DNA of 64,000 nucleotides, taken from contig JAMPHY010000001.1 of NCBI GenBank assembly GCA_023663185.1, forward strand, positions 133,287-197,286, in the 5' to 3' direction. Below the pieces are notes generated by a model. It did no database searches. It was not told where the DNA came from and saw only the letters and a list, made by a program, of their open reading frames with translations. The DNA comes from Clostridiales bacterium. GTDB taxonomy: Bacteria > Bacillota > Clostridia > Lachnospirales > Lachnospiraceae. Each line of letters opens with the position of its first letter. Position 1 is the first letter of the stretch. Of this stretch, positions 10,667-20,250 are shown piece after piece. The position numbers were made by a program, and so were the translations under genes.

Positions 10667-10696
10667 TTGACTTTTTCGCTGTCTATGTGTTATAAT
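10667..10696 (+). promoter_or_regulatory. sigma-A-type promoter for the FMN riboswitch-ribU unit
   Basis: TTGACT (10667-10672), 18-bp spacer, TGtTATAAT extended -10 (10688-10696). Confidence 0.55.
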
Positions 10697-10714
10697 TTCT
10701 TAAACAACTGAATA

Positions 10715-10835
10715 GTGTTGATGTCTTCAGGGCAGGGTGAAATTCCCGATCGGCGGTTACAGTCCGCGGGCGCGAAAGCGCGGGGTTTGGTGAAATTCCA
10801 AAACCGACGGTATAGTCCGGATTAAAGAAGGTGTA
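10715..10835 (+). promoter_or_regulatory. FMN riboswitch (RFN element) aptamer
   Basis: CTTCAGGGCAGGGTGAAATTCCCGATCGGCGGT...AGTCCGCG...GGTGAAATTCCAAAACCGACGGTATAGTCCGGAT..AGAAG matches the conserved RFN core. AAGGTGTATT (about 10828-10837) can pair with AATACACCTT (about 10908-10917), an anti-terminator-type alternative. Confidence 0.9.
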
Positions 10836-10921
10836 TTGAGATTGTCAGAATAAATCTGATTATGATTTTGTACACTTTTTTGTCAAATTGCTCTGTTGGC
10901 ATTTACAATACACCTTAAATT

Positions 10922-10967
10922 TTAACACCTGAAAGGCATTCAGATACTTTCAAGTGTTAATTTTTTT
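10922..10967 (+). terminator. riboswitch expression-platform terminator
   Basis: TTAACACCTGAAAG / CTTTCAAGTGTTAA stem (one mismatch) followed by T7, immediately before the ribU RBS. Confidence 0.7.
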
Positions 10968-10981
10968 AAGGAGGTATTCCA

Positions 10982-11632
10982 ATGAATATTAGTAAAACAA
11001 AGAAACTAACAACAATAGGTATGTTATGTGCACTTGCCTATGTCTCAGTGGTTGTAGGGCGTATACCACTCATTCTTTTTTTGAAGTATGATCCCAAAGA
11101 CGTTATTATAGTGATTGGCGGATTGATTTTTGGACCGTTTACGTCATTCACAGTAACGGTAATTGTTTCTTTAGTGCAGATGTTCACGATTAGCGGAACA
11201 GGAATTTTGGGTTGCATAATGAACATTATTTCAAGCTGTTCCTTTGCGTGTACTGCTGCATGTATCTACAAAAGAAAACATACGCTTGGTGGCGCTTTAC
11301 TTGGGCTTTTTTGTGGTTGTAGTTGTCAGGTTATAGTTATGATGTTTTGGAATTATTTGATTGCCCCAATTTATATGGGTTATCCGAGGGAAGCCATAGT
11401 AGAATTGTTGATTCCGGCATTTTTACCGTTTAATTTAATAAAGGGAGGGCTAAATGCAGCAATAACAATGCTCTTGTATAAACCTATTGTTACTGTTTTG
11501 CGCCGTTCAAATTTAGTCGAATCTAAACAAGATTCTAATAAAATGCGGGTAAATATCGGGGTTTTATTGGTGGCTCTGTTAATGATTATAACTTGTGTGC
11601 TATTGATACTTTCTTTTAATGATGTAATTTAG
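10982..11632 (+). CDS. ribU: riboflavin ECF-transporter S component
   Basis: 216-aa polytopic ECF-S-type protein directly downstream of an FMN riboswitch. Confidence 0.8.
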   Translation: MNISKTKKLTTIGMLCALAYVSVVVGRIPLILFLKYDPKDVIIVIGGLIFGPFTSFTVTVIVSLVQMFTISGTGILGCIMNIISSCSFACTAACIYKRKHTLGGALLGLFCGCSCQVIVMMFWNYLIAPIYMGYPREAIVELLIPAFLPFNLIKGGLNAAITMLLYKPIVTVLRRSNLVESKQDSNKMRVNIGVLLVALLMIITCVLLILSFNDVI

Positions 11633-11660
11633 GGTAACATGGAAAGAAAATGGAAACGAT

Positions 11661-11704
11661 AAGCGTTTTGGTGGTATTTTGCAGGAAAATATGATAAAAT
11701 TAAA
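11661..11704 (+). repeat. 44-bp direct repeat, copy 2
   Basis: Differs from copy 1 only at repeat position 10 (G at 11670 vs A at 9906). An inverted partial copy ATACCACTAAAACG lies at 11735-11748. Confidence 0.9.
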
Positions 11705-11773
11705 AAAGTGGATTCAGGGTTTTCTAAACAATTTATACCACTAAAACGGCTATCTTGGCTTATTAAATAATTT

Positions 11774-12205
11774 ATGGAGAAAATAGCAATCATGAAGTCA
11801 TTAAAAAGAATTATTATCATTAGCGTTTTTTCACTTGCTTTGATTTGTGGAGGCGTATATATTGTTCATATGAAATTAAACGCAGGGTATGATGCGTCAA
11901 TAGCTATAGTCTGTACTGTACAGGAATACGAAGAAAAATCCAATAATGGTTATTTGTCTTTTTCAGTAGATACTCCTGAAGGTCTGATTATTAAAACTAT
12001 TAGGGTTGATAGTTCTGAAATGAAAAAAGATTTTGCTTCGGTTGATGTGCAGGAGATAATAGGTCTTCTTATCTTTTTGGAACTGCCTAATCAGATTATT
12101 TCAGAAAGGCATTTTGACACCAAAACAATTAATGCTCTCGAATTATTGACAGATACGGATATGTATGATAGTTATTTCCGAATTGTTGATTATTCAACAA
12201 AATAA
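11774..12205 (+). CDS. hypothetical membrane-anchored protein
   Basis: 143 aa; N-terminal TM helix IIIISVFSLALICGGVYIV; no motif recognised. Confidence 0.5.
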   Translation: MEKIAIMKSLKRIIIISVFSLALICGGVYIVHMKLNAGYDASIAIVCTVQEYEEKSNNGYLSFSVDTPEGLIIKTIRVDSSEMKKDFASVDVQEIIGLLIFLELPNQIISERHFDTKTINALELLTDTDMYDSYFRIVDYSTK

Positions 12206-12477
12206 TATTTCTAAATATGATACGGTTGCTTATGTGCATTATTCTGATGTCTTGCCAGTGCCGTCCGTGCGGATTTTATAGGGTATTCCGCCCTTTTTAT
12301 AATAAATCCAGTCATCTTTTATCTTTTCTATTATGCTAAAACAGCATTAAGAAAAATATTGCAATGACTATCGTTATATAATAGAATATAGATAAGTAAA
12401 GTATGTATGAATGAAAAAAGAATAATACTATAATTTGCATGAGGATTATAGCCATTTATTAATGAGGAGATGTTTTT

Positions 12478-12660
12478 ATGGCAACTTCAAGCATAACAAA
12501 AAATTTTGTTATATCAGGTCAAAGGCAGGTTGAGATGTTTGCCGATGCAATAGAAGCGTCTGCCAATGACCAGACGCCTCCAATAAATGTCAACGCTACA
12601 TTTTTGACAGATCCGAAGGATATAGCAAAATTTATGGAAAAAAGGAAAAAACAATTCTAA
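12478..12660 (+). CDS. hypothetical 60-aa protein
   Basis: GAGGAG RBS upstream of the ATG; no recognisable motif. Confidence 0.35.
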   Translation: MATSSITKNFVISGQRQVEMFADAIEASANDQTPPINVNATFLTDPKDIAKFMEKRKKQF

Positions 12661-12667
12661 AGTAATG

Positions 12668-14260
12668 TCAAGCCCCTAATCTAATCTGAGTAAACTGCAC
12701 CTTCCTATCCGGAGTGAGATGATGGCTTACTAAAATCAGCGTCAGCTCCGGATTGGAGAGCAGGCTCTTTTCTACAATCTCGGCGTTCTCTTTATCAAGG
12801 GCGCTGGTGCCTTCGTCAACCAGAAGAACGGAACGTTCATGGATTAAGGCGCGGGCGATTGCCACACGCTGTTTTTGTCCGCCGGAAAGGTTATCGCCAT
12901 CTTCGCCCACGACGGTTTCTATGCCGTCGGGCAAAGAAGCCAAATCGCCTGCAAGAGCGCTATCATGCAGCGCTTTTTCCATTTGCTCGTCTGTAAAAGT
13001 CTCACCCAAAGTAATATTGTCGCGAATGGTGGAGTTGAATAAGAACACATTCTGCTCAATATAGCTCATCTGCTGTTGAAGCTGTTCAGGCGTGAAATCC
13101 TTAGCATTTTTATTATCGAAGCGGATAATTCCTGAATAGTCAGGCAGCCAGCCCAGCAAGAGTTTCAACAACGTAGATTTTCCACAGCCGGAAGGTCCGG
13201 TTATGGCGTACTTGCCGCCCTTTTTGAATTGCAGGGATAAGTCCTGCAAGATGGGCTGCCCGCCATAGCAGAAACTGAGATTTTCTATGGTGATAGCGTT
13301 GTTTAGCTTCATGGGTTCGCCCGCTGCGATTTCAGTATCGTCGGCGTGGACAGTGATATTTTTAAAATAAGGCTTGGCGGCCGCTAAAGACATACGGTGG
13401 TCAGCGATAGTGCGTAAGCCATTGGTAATTCCGGCGGTTAAGTTGCTAGCGCTCGCCATAGCGCCTAAGATAATTTTTCCGTTGAATGCCAGTATCACCG
13501 TTATTACCTGTTGAATAATTTGCAGGAAAATACTGAAAAATCCGCTCAGACAGGATATGCCGGCTTGCGTATGGCTGCGGCGGTAGTTGGGGGCTTCTAT
13601 TTGGTCGCTGATGTTATCGCCTTGTTGTAAAAAACGATTGCTACGTCCAAAGGAGCGCAGTACGTCAAAGCCGGACAGCAAATCCTTTAGCTTGTTGACG
13701 CCGTCGGCTTCTGCGGCAGCGCAAGTCTCGCCAAGCTGTTCCATGCGTTTGTGGAATAGCTTTGGCAGAATAAGCATAATTACAGCGGAAATAAGCCCTG
13801 CAGCCAGCATAATCCAGTGCAGAGAGATTAAGGCAAGAATACACCAGACCACCAGAGCAATATTGCCGACACAGCTAAAAAATGGCGTCCAAGCAAGACG
13901 TTCAATCTGTTTGACGTTGGTAGTCAGCCATGTGATATATTCGCCAGTATTTTGACTGTGATAGTCAACGTGACTTTTACTCAATAAAGACAAATATAAA
14001 TCATGGCGTATCTGGTTATTCATAGTGCGAACTGCCCTTGCTTCAAAGAAGTCCGTTATAGCCGCTATACCTAGATATACGCCATATCCAATGATTTCCG
14101 CCATAGTCCAAAGTAAGAAAATGCGGAAATTCAAATTGATTGCCGCGTCAAAAGCCTGCATCATAATAAGCTGTAAAATCACATAGACGCCATTACACAG
14201 CAGTCCGAGAAAACAGGCAAGCGTAAGTTTTTTCCAATTTTTCTTTAAATAATAGTTCAT
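12668..14260 (-). CDS. ABC exporter, fused permease/ATPase (type I exporter half-transporter)
   Basis: Six-helix N-terminal TMD; Walker A GPSGCGKST; signature LSGGQKQR; Walker B LLVDEGTSALD. Confidence 0.85.
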   Translation of the reverse strand: MNYYLKKNWKKLTLACFLGLLCNGVYVILQLIMMQAFDAAINLNFRIFLLWTMAEIIGYGVYLGIAAITDFFEARAVRTMNNQIRHDLYLSLLSKSHVDYHSQNTGEYITWLTTNVKQIERLAWTPFFSCVGNIALVVWCILALISLHWIMLAAGLISAVIMLILPKLFHKRMEQLGETCAAAEADGVNKLKDLLSGFDVLRSFGRSNRFLQQGDNISDQIEAPNYRRSHTQAGISCLSGFFSIFLQIIQQVITVILAFNGKIILGAMASASNLTAGITNGLRTIADHRMSLAAAKPYFKNITVHADDTEIAAGEPMKLNNAITIENLSFCYGGQPILQDLSLQFKKGGKYAITGPSGCGKSTLLKLLLGWLPDYSGIIRFDNKNAKDFTPEQLQQQMSYIEQNVFLFNSTIRDNITLGETFTDEQMEKALHDSALAGDLASLPDGIETVVGEDGDNLSGGQKQRVAIARALIHERSVLLVDEGTSALDKENAEIVEKSLLSNPELTLILVSHHLTPDRKVQFTQIRLGA

Positions 14261-15144
14261 GTCGATTTCTCCCGCAGCATAGGGGATTTCCGATATGGCG
14301 CGTCTAAAAAGGCGCCCCCGCCAGTGATGAGCCAGCGCGCGAAATAGAGCAGGGGGACAAGAGCTTCGTCCCCGTCCAGCATATAGGCGTGGAGCAATCC
14401 GTCTTCTGTTTCCAAATCTATTCTGCTTAGTATCTCTAATTCTGTCAGCGCATTCATTAAGTCTTCTGCCTTTGTTATCTCAAGCCCCATTGCTTTTGCA
14501 ACCGCCCCCGGCGTATAGCGGCGGCGCTCAAGACGCGGCTTAGTGTGCAGATATTCCAATAGTTCCAGACAATCAGGCGTCGCCAATACGGTAAAGAGTT
14601 TACGATACTGCTCATTTTCTGCGAAAAATGGTTTCCAGCCTGTTTTCGGCTCCGGCAAGACAGAAACGAAAGACATATTGTTGGCGCGGATACCTAAAAT
14701 GGTTCCGTCCTCCGTAGTAATCCGCGTGCGCCGAAGCCAGCGAGCCGCTCCGCTATCCGCCGTATCATCGGACTCGCAGCAGTTTTCGTATCCGCTGATA
14801 TCGATTGTATCGTCTTTACTATTACTTATAAGCGGTCCGGCGGCAATCCATACTAAGCGGCATAGCTGGTCTATCCGCTGCTCATGGGGAATGGCGGCAG
14901 CCCATTGCTGCACGGCTGTCTCTATGTCCACCGCTTTGCTGTTTTCTTTGCCAAAAAGGGCGTCGATGGACACTCCTAATCGTTTTGCAATATCGGGCAA
15001 CAGCGTGATATCGGGCGCACCGCCGCACTCCCAGCGACTCACCGCTTGGGCGCTGATTCCGACAGCCTTACCCAAATCCTCCTGAGTCAGCCCTGCCGCC
15101 TTTCTATATTTAGCAATCTGTTCACCTAAAAGGTTGTTATCCAT
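14257..15144 (-). CDS. XRE-family HTH regulator with uncharacterised C-terminal domain
   Basis: MDNNLLGEQIAKYRKAAGLTQEDLGKAVGISAQAVSRWE HTH; start chosen at 15144 (GGAAAGGAG RBS) rather than the track start 15354; 4-bp overlap with the ABC exporter start. Confidence 0.75.
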   Translation of the reverse strand: MDNNLLGEQIAKYRKAAGLTQEDLGKAVGISAQAVSRWECGGAPDITLLPDIAKRLGVSIDALFGKENSKAVDIETAVQQWAAAIPHEQRIDQLCRLVWIAAGPLISNSKDDTIDISGYENCCESDDTADSGAARWLRRTRITTEDGTILGIRANNMSFVSVLPEPKTGWKPFFAENEQYRKLFTVLATPDCLELLEYLHTKPRLERRRYTPGAVAKAMGLEITKAEDLMNALTELEILSRIDLETEDGLLHAYMLDGDEALVPLLYFARWLITGGGAFLDAPYRKSPMLREKST

Positions 15145-15323
15145 AATGGCTATGCTCCTTTCCGTATCCCATATCTTCATATTTATGTGGATTTTGGATT
15201 TAGCTTTATTGTATCTAAATCCACGCTTGTATGCAACGCATGGAAACTTGAGTAAAAACAACTGTAGCTTGTTTATAATACCGGTGATAGAATAAAAGAA
15301 AATAGATAAAAAGAGGTGCAAAT

Positions 15324-15986
15324 ATGAAGATATATATTGTTGAAGATGAATCAACTATAAGAATAGAACTGGAAACACTTTTGCAAAGATATGGCTATTC
15401 CTGTGAAAGCAGCGACGATTTTGAACATATTGCTGATTTAATCATTAAGGCGGAGCCGAATCTTGTGCTGGTTGACATAAATCTGCCGTTTCAGGACGGC
15501 TTTGTTATCTGCAGGCAGATACGCAGGATATCAGATGTGCCGATTATCGTGTTGACAAGCAGGAATACGGATTTTGATGAACTTTTGAGCCTTAATATTG
15601 GCGCAGATGATTTTATTTCCAAGCCTTATAATTCGCAGGTTTTGCTTGCCCGTATTCAGAAAATATTGAAAAGAACGTATGAGACTGGAGCGAATGCCCT
15701 GCTGTTCCATAAGGGGTTGGAAATCAATCTTTTAAAAGCAACTATGTCATACAATGATAAAGAAGTAGAACTGACAAAAAATGAATTGGGGATTTTGCGG
15801 CTGCTTGTCATGAATAAAGGAAGCGTGATACCAAGAGACGCCATTATTGATGAACTGTGGCAGAGTGAGGAATTTATTGACGAAAATACTTTGAATGTGA
15901 ATATAGTCCGGTTAAGGAAAAAACTGGCGGAAATCGGACTGCCTAATTATCTGGAAACAAAACGTGGATTGGGGTATCGGGTATGA
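15324..15986 (+). CDS. OmpR-family response regulator, BceR-like
   Basis: Receiver plus winged helix; first gene of an RR-HK-ABC ATPase-FtsX permease set. Confidence 0.85.
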   Translation: MKIYIVEDESTIRIELETLLQRYGYSCESSDDFEHIADLIIKAEPNLVLVDINLPFQDGFVICRQIRRISDVPIIVLTSRNTDFDELLSLNIGADDFISKPYNSQVLLARIQKILKRTYETGANALLFHKGLEINLLKATMSYNDKEVELTKNELGILRLLVMNKGSVIPRDAIIDELWQSEEFIDENTLNVNIVRLRKKLAEIGLPNYLETKRGLGYRV

Positions 15987-16999
15987 AAATTACGGAATAT
16001 TTAACAGACAAGTTGTTCTCTATTGCGGTCTGCCTTATAGCAGCTGCTTTTACGGGGTGGATTTTCTATCTGGCAGAAGTGCGGGTTGAATTTATTATTT
16101 TAGCAGAGTTTGTATTCTGCGCTGCATTTCTGGCAAGCTTTTTGTGGGATTTTAACCGAAAGGAAAAATATTATAAGGAATTATGGAAGATACTGGATAG
16201 TTTGGACGATAAGACCTTGCTTGCTGAACTTATGAAAAAGCCTGCTTTTTTAGATGGAAAGCTTGTATATCAGGTTATTAAAAGCGCTGATAAATTTATG
16301 AATGACCGTATATCAGAAGCCGATGCTGCAAATCGTGAATACCGAGAATATGTGGAAATGTGGATACATGAAGTAAAAACGCCGATTACTTCTGCACGTC
16401 TTATCGTTGAAAATAATAAGGACGAAACAACGCTGCGGATTGATAACGAACTGAGTAAAATTGAGCATTTCGTTGAGCAGGCGTTGTTTTATGCCAGAAG
16501 CACGACGTTAGAAAAGGATTTTAAACTGGAAAAGATAACTTTAAAAGAGTTAGTAAATGAGGCGTTAAAGAGTTATTCAAAGCAGATTATAGAAGTAAAT
16601 GGAGTTCCGGAGTTTGAAAATTTAGACATATCTGTCTTTGCAGACAGAAAATGGTGTGTATTCATCATTGGACAAATTATTGCCAATTCAGTCAAATATC
16701 ATAAGGGAGATTTAAAATTGTCATTTAGTGGGGGAGTCTATGAAAATGGCTGTTTTCTTTTGATTTCGGATAATGGGATAGGAATTGCAGATGTTGATAT
16801 TCCTTACATATTTGATAAAGGGTTTACAGGCGAAAACGGACGTGGAGCGGCGAAATCGACTGGTATCGGTCTTTATTTGTGTCGTAAGCTGTGCAGAAAA
16901 ATGAATATGGGCATATTGGCGCAAAGCGGGCAGGGAAATGGAACGGCAGTTAAAATCACATTCCCTAAAGACAGTTTTCATAACCTTACATTTTCGTAA
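15983..16999 (+). CDS. intramembrane-sensing histidine kinase, BceS-like
   Basis: Two N-terminal TM helices with almost no loop; H-box WIHEVKTPIT; DNGIGI and GIGLYLC G-boxes. Confidence 0.8.
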   Translation: MKITEYLTDKLFSIAVCLIAAAFTGWIFYLAEVRVEFIILAEFVFCAAFLASFLWDFNRKEKYYKELWKILDSLDDKTLLAELMKKPAFLDGKLVYQVIKSADKFMNDRISEADAANREYREYVEMWIHEVKTPITSARLIVENNKDETTLRIDNELSKIEHFVEQALFYARSTTLEKDFKLEKITLKELVNEALKSYSKQIIEVNGVPEFENLDISVFADRKWCVFIIGQIIANSVKYHKGDLKLSFSGGVYENGCFLLISDNGIGIADVDIPYIFDKGFTGENGRGAAKSTGIGLYLCRKLCRKMNMGILAQSGQGNGTAVKITFPKDSFHNLTFS

Positions 17000-17075
17000 T
17001 TTAAATGTAAGTTAATTTAATGGCAGGAATTTTGATAAGGCTATAAAATGAGGAAAACAAAGGAAGGGGATTGTT

Positions 17076-17858
17076 ATGAATAGCCTGATTTTAGAAGTTT
17101 CTGATATCCAAAAATATTATGGTAACAGGGGAAATATTACAAAAGCATTGAACAACATTTCTTTTTCGGTAAGAAAGGGCGAATTTGTGGGAATCATGGG
17201 TGCGTCCGGCTCTGGAAAAACCACATTGCTAAACTGCGTTTCTACCATTGATACTGTAACAAGCGGACATATTATGATAGAGGGCAGCGATATAACGCTG
17301 CTGCAGGGGAAAAAGTTAGCTGCTTTCAGGCGGGAAAAATTGGGATTTATTTTTCAGGATTTCAATTTACTTGATACACTGACAGCCTATGAAAATATTT
17401 CTCTTGCGCTTTCGATCTCAGGCGTTAAAGCGGTGGAGATTGATGAGAGAATGGAAAACATGGCAAAAGCTTTAAATATTACAGAGGTTATGGATAAATA
17501 TCCGTATCAGATGTCAGGCGGGCAAAAACAGCGTGTGGCGGCAGCTCGCGCCATGATAAGCAATCCTGCACTGGTTCTGGCTGACGAACCGACAGGGGCG
17601 TTGGATTCCCGTTCTTCAGAAATGCTGCTTGCCATGCTTGAAGAATTGAATCATAAATTTTCTGCAACAATTCTAATGGTGACACATGATGCTTTTTCTG
17701 CAAGTTTTTGCCAGCGCATATTGTTTATCAAAGATGGAAGGCTTTTTAATGAGCTTCACCGCGCGGCAAAGTTAAGAAAAGACTTTTTCAACGAAATAAT
17801 GGAAGTCGTTTCGGTGCTTGGCGGCACAAATTCGCAGACTGAGGAGTGTGATTATTAA
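17076..17858 (+). CDS. ABC transporter ATP-binding protein, BceA-like
   Basis: GASGSGKTT, MSGGQKQR, LADEPTGALD. Confidence 0.85.
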   Translation: MNSLILEVSDIQKYYGNRGNITKALNNISFSVRKGEFVGIMGASGSGKTTLLNCVSTIDTVTSGHIMIEGSDITLLQGKKLAAFRREKLGFIFQDFNLLDTLTAYENISLALSISGVKAVEIDERMENMAKALNITEVMDKYPYQMSGGQKQRVAAARAMISNPALVLADEPTGALDSRSSEMLLAMLEELNHKFSATILMVTHDAFSASFCQRILFIKDGRLFNELHRAAKLRKDFFNEIMEVVSVLGGTNSQTEECDY

Positions 17859-17859
17859 T

Positions 17860-19884
17860 ATGGCTAATATAAAATTGATTTTCCATAATACCAGAAAAAA
17901 TATAAAAGATTATATGGTTTATTTTCTAACATTGACTATTGCGGTCAGTATGTTCTACGCTTTCAATTCTATTCAGACACAACCTGCCCTGCATGAACTG
18001 GACGCCACAAAACAGTTGCTTTCTGACCAATTAGGAATTTTGCTTTCTGCATTGTCGGTCATTGTGGCGGTAGTGCTGGCTTTTTTAATCTTATATGCAA
18101 ATCAGTTTCTGCTAAAGCGGAGAAAGAAGGAATTAGGCATTTATACCCTGCTTGGCATGGAAAAGCGAAAAATCGCGGGGATTTTTGCAGGGGAAACGTT
18201 GTGCGTGGGTTTTTTGTCCCTTGTATGCGGTCTTGCTCTAGGTTTTTTGCTTTCTCAAGGGGTGTCGTTATTTTCCCTACGTCTGTTTGCTGTTGACATG
18301 GGTAAATTTAAGATGTTGTTTTCCCTAAGCGCCTTAAAAAAGACGGTAGGCTGTTTTGACTTGATTTTCTTTATTGTTATATTGTTTAATGTACGGACGA
18401 TTTCGGGCGTAAAATTGATTGACTTATTGACTGCTGGCAGAAAAAATGAAGCGTTGGCTATAAAAAGCAATGCAATTCATATTTTGCTGCTTGCTTTATC
18501 TATCGTCAGTATTATATTATCGGGAGTTATTTTGGAACATAATGGAATTTTGCCAAGCAGGGAAAATTCATGGTTTCAGATAGCAGTATTATGTCTGGTG
18601 GTTGGAACTGTTTTATTTTTCTATTCTGTTTCCGCGGTATTGCTTGCGGCTGTTCAGGGTAATAGAAAAGTATATTTAAGGGGTTTAAATACTTTTCTGG
18701 CAAGGCAGATTGGGAGTAAAATCCGCACTGATTTTGTGGTCCTATCTATTGTATGTGGACTGCTTACTGTTGCTATCTGTGGAATTTCTATCGGTATCAG
18801 TTCGGCAGTTACAATGAATAAAGCATCTAAAGCTGCCCTGCCTTTTGACCTTAATGTATTGGCACAGACAGATATCTGCGGCGAAACGGATATTGTATCT
18901 TATTTGAAAACGCGAAATGTTGATATGGACGAATATGCTAAGAAAATGGAACAAATAAGCTTATATGAAGCAGATATGACATATGGGAAGCTGTTTGATG
19001 GACAAGACGTGGACTTATGGCATATAGACAAGGATATTCAGGAAGTCGGGGTGACGGTGATTTCCATTACTGATTTTAACCGTTCCCTTGCGATGCAGGG
19101 CAGGCAGGAGTATTCGTTAGGCGACAATGCTTTTCTTATGAACTGTAATTATGAAGGAACCAGACGCTATATAGAGAGATTTTTAGAGAGCCATAAACAG
19201 ATTGAAATTGAAGGATTTACACTTGACGCGGCGCTAGACGATGTGTTGTCAGAAACATACTATATGACATCGGTAGGAAATAATGATCGCGGTACATTTG
19301 TTGTGCCGGACAAAGTAGCGGAAGCTTGTAATAAAGACGTTGACGCTTTGCTTGTCATATATAAGGAAACAACCAATTCAGACGAAGTGCTGCAGAAAAT
19401 GATTCCAATCGGGTTAGAATGGGAGACGGAAGGATATCGCTATTCAGAAAAAGTTATGTTAAGCGGTATGTATTATGGCGTGGGTGCGCTTATGGTATTC
19501 TTATGCTGCTATATCGGACTTATTTTCCTTTTAATATGCGCCGCACTATTGTCCCTGAAACAGTTGACGGAAACGACTGATAATATATATCGGTATGGTT
19601 TGCTGCAAAAACTTGGGGCTGACGGAGATATGCTTTATAAGACGCTTTTTAAGCAGGTATCCGTTTTCTTTATCGCGCCGCTTCTTCCTGCGGGTATCTT
19701 TTCAGCTTTCGGCATAGGAAAAGTGTGCGTGGTTATAGGGGATTTTATGAATATGCATATTTCCGCGAACTTAGGAATTGCGGTAATCATGTTGCTGATT
19801 GTCTATGGCGGTTATTTTCTTGCTACATACTTTGCTTGTAAACGTATGGTGCAGGAAAGGGTGGATATATATTGGCATCCCTAA
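17860..19884 (+). CDS. FtsX-family ten-helix permease with large extracellular domain, BceB-like
   Basis: About 674 aa from the ATG at 17860 (right after the bceA-like stop); two FtsX-type four-helix blocks flank a roughly 200-aa soluble domain. Confidence 0.85.
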   Translation: MANIKLIFHNTRKNIKDYMVYFLTLTIAVSMFYAFNSIQTQPALHELDATKQLLSDQLGILLSALSVIVAVVLAFLILYANQFLLKRRKKELGIYTLLGMEKRKIAGIFAGETLCVGFLSLVCGLALGFLLSQGVSLFSLRLFAVDMGKFKMLFSLSALKKTVGCFDLIFFIVILFNVRTISGVKLIDLLTAGRKNEALAIKSNAIHILLLALSIVSIILSGVILEHNGILPSRENSWFQIAVLCLVVGTVLFFYSVSAVLLAAVQGNRKVYLRGLNTFLARQIGSKIRTDFVVLSIVCGLLTVAICGISIGISSAVTMNKASKAALPFDLNVLAQTDICGETDIVSYLKTRNVDMDEYAKKMEQISLYEADMTYGKLFDGQDVDLWHIDKDIQEVGVTVISITDFNRSLAMQGRQEYSLGDNAFLMNCNYEGTRRYIERFLESHKQIEIEGFTLDAALDDVLSETYYMTSVGNNDRGTFVVPDKVAEACNKDVDALLVIYKETTNSDEVLQKMIPIGLEWETEGYRYSEKVMLSGMYYGVGALMVFLCCYIGLIFLLICAALLSLKQLTETTDNIYRYGLLQKLGADGDMLYKTLFKQVSVFFIAPLLPAGIFSAFGIGKVCVVIGDFMNMHISANLGIAVIMLLIVYGGYFLATYFACKRMVQERVDIYWHP

Positions 19885-19911
19885 AAATTCCTAAATTTTA
19901 TGGCTGTTGAG

Positions 19912-19940
19912 TTGATTTTGCATTGCAAATAACATATACT
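19912..19940 (+). promoter_or_regulatory. putative dinJ-yafQ promoter with operator-like palindrome
   Basis: TTGATT-17-TATACT; the spacer holds the 13-bp palindrome TTTGCATTGCAAA (19917-19929). Confidence 0.4.
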
Positions 19941-19974
19941 ATAAGTATATTGAAATGTGAAAGGGGTTGATATT

Positions 19975-20250
19975 ATGGCAAGCACAACAAATTTCAGCGT
20001 CCGTATGGACAGCGATATTAAAAAACAGTGCGAAACGCTCTACGGTGAGTTAGGAATGAACCTGACTACTGCTATTAATGTTTTCCTGCGCCAATCGTTG
20101 CGTGTTGGTGGTTTTCCCTTTGAAGTAAAACTGGAACAGCCCAACAAGGAAACCATTGCCGCCATGCTGGAAGCAGAGTGGATTGCGCGTGATTCCAGCG
20201 TGAAACGCTACTCGGATGTAGAAGAAGCACTTCAGGAGCTAAAGCGATGA
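19975..20250 (+). CDS. dinJ: type II antitoxin, RelB/DinJ family
   Basis: MASTTNFSVRMDSDIKKQCE...NLTTAINVFLRQ ribbon-helix-helix N-terminus; 4-bp overlap with the toxin gene. Confidence 0.8.
   Translation: MASTTNFSVRMDSDIKKQCETLYGELGMNLTTAINVFLRQSLRVGGFPFEVKLEQPNKETIAAMLEAEWIARDSSVKRYSDVEEALQELKR

Noticed and set aside
14543-15085. 180-aa + strand ORF
   Set aside because: It is antisense to the XRE regulator gene. It is Ser/Ala/Pro-rich shadow translation.
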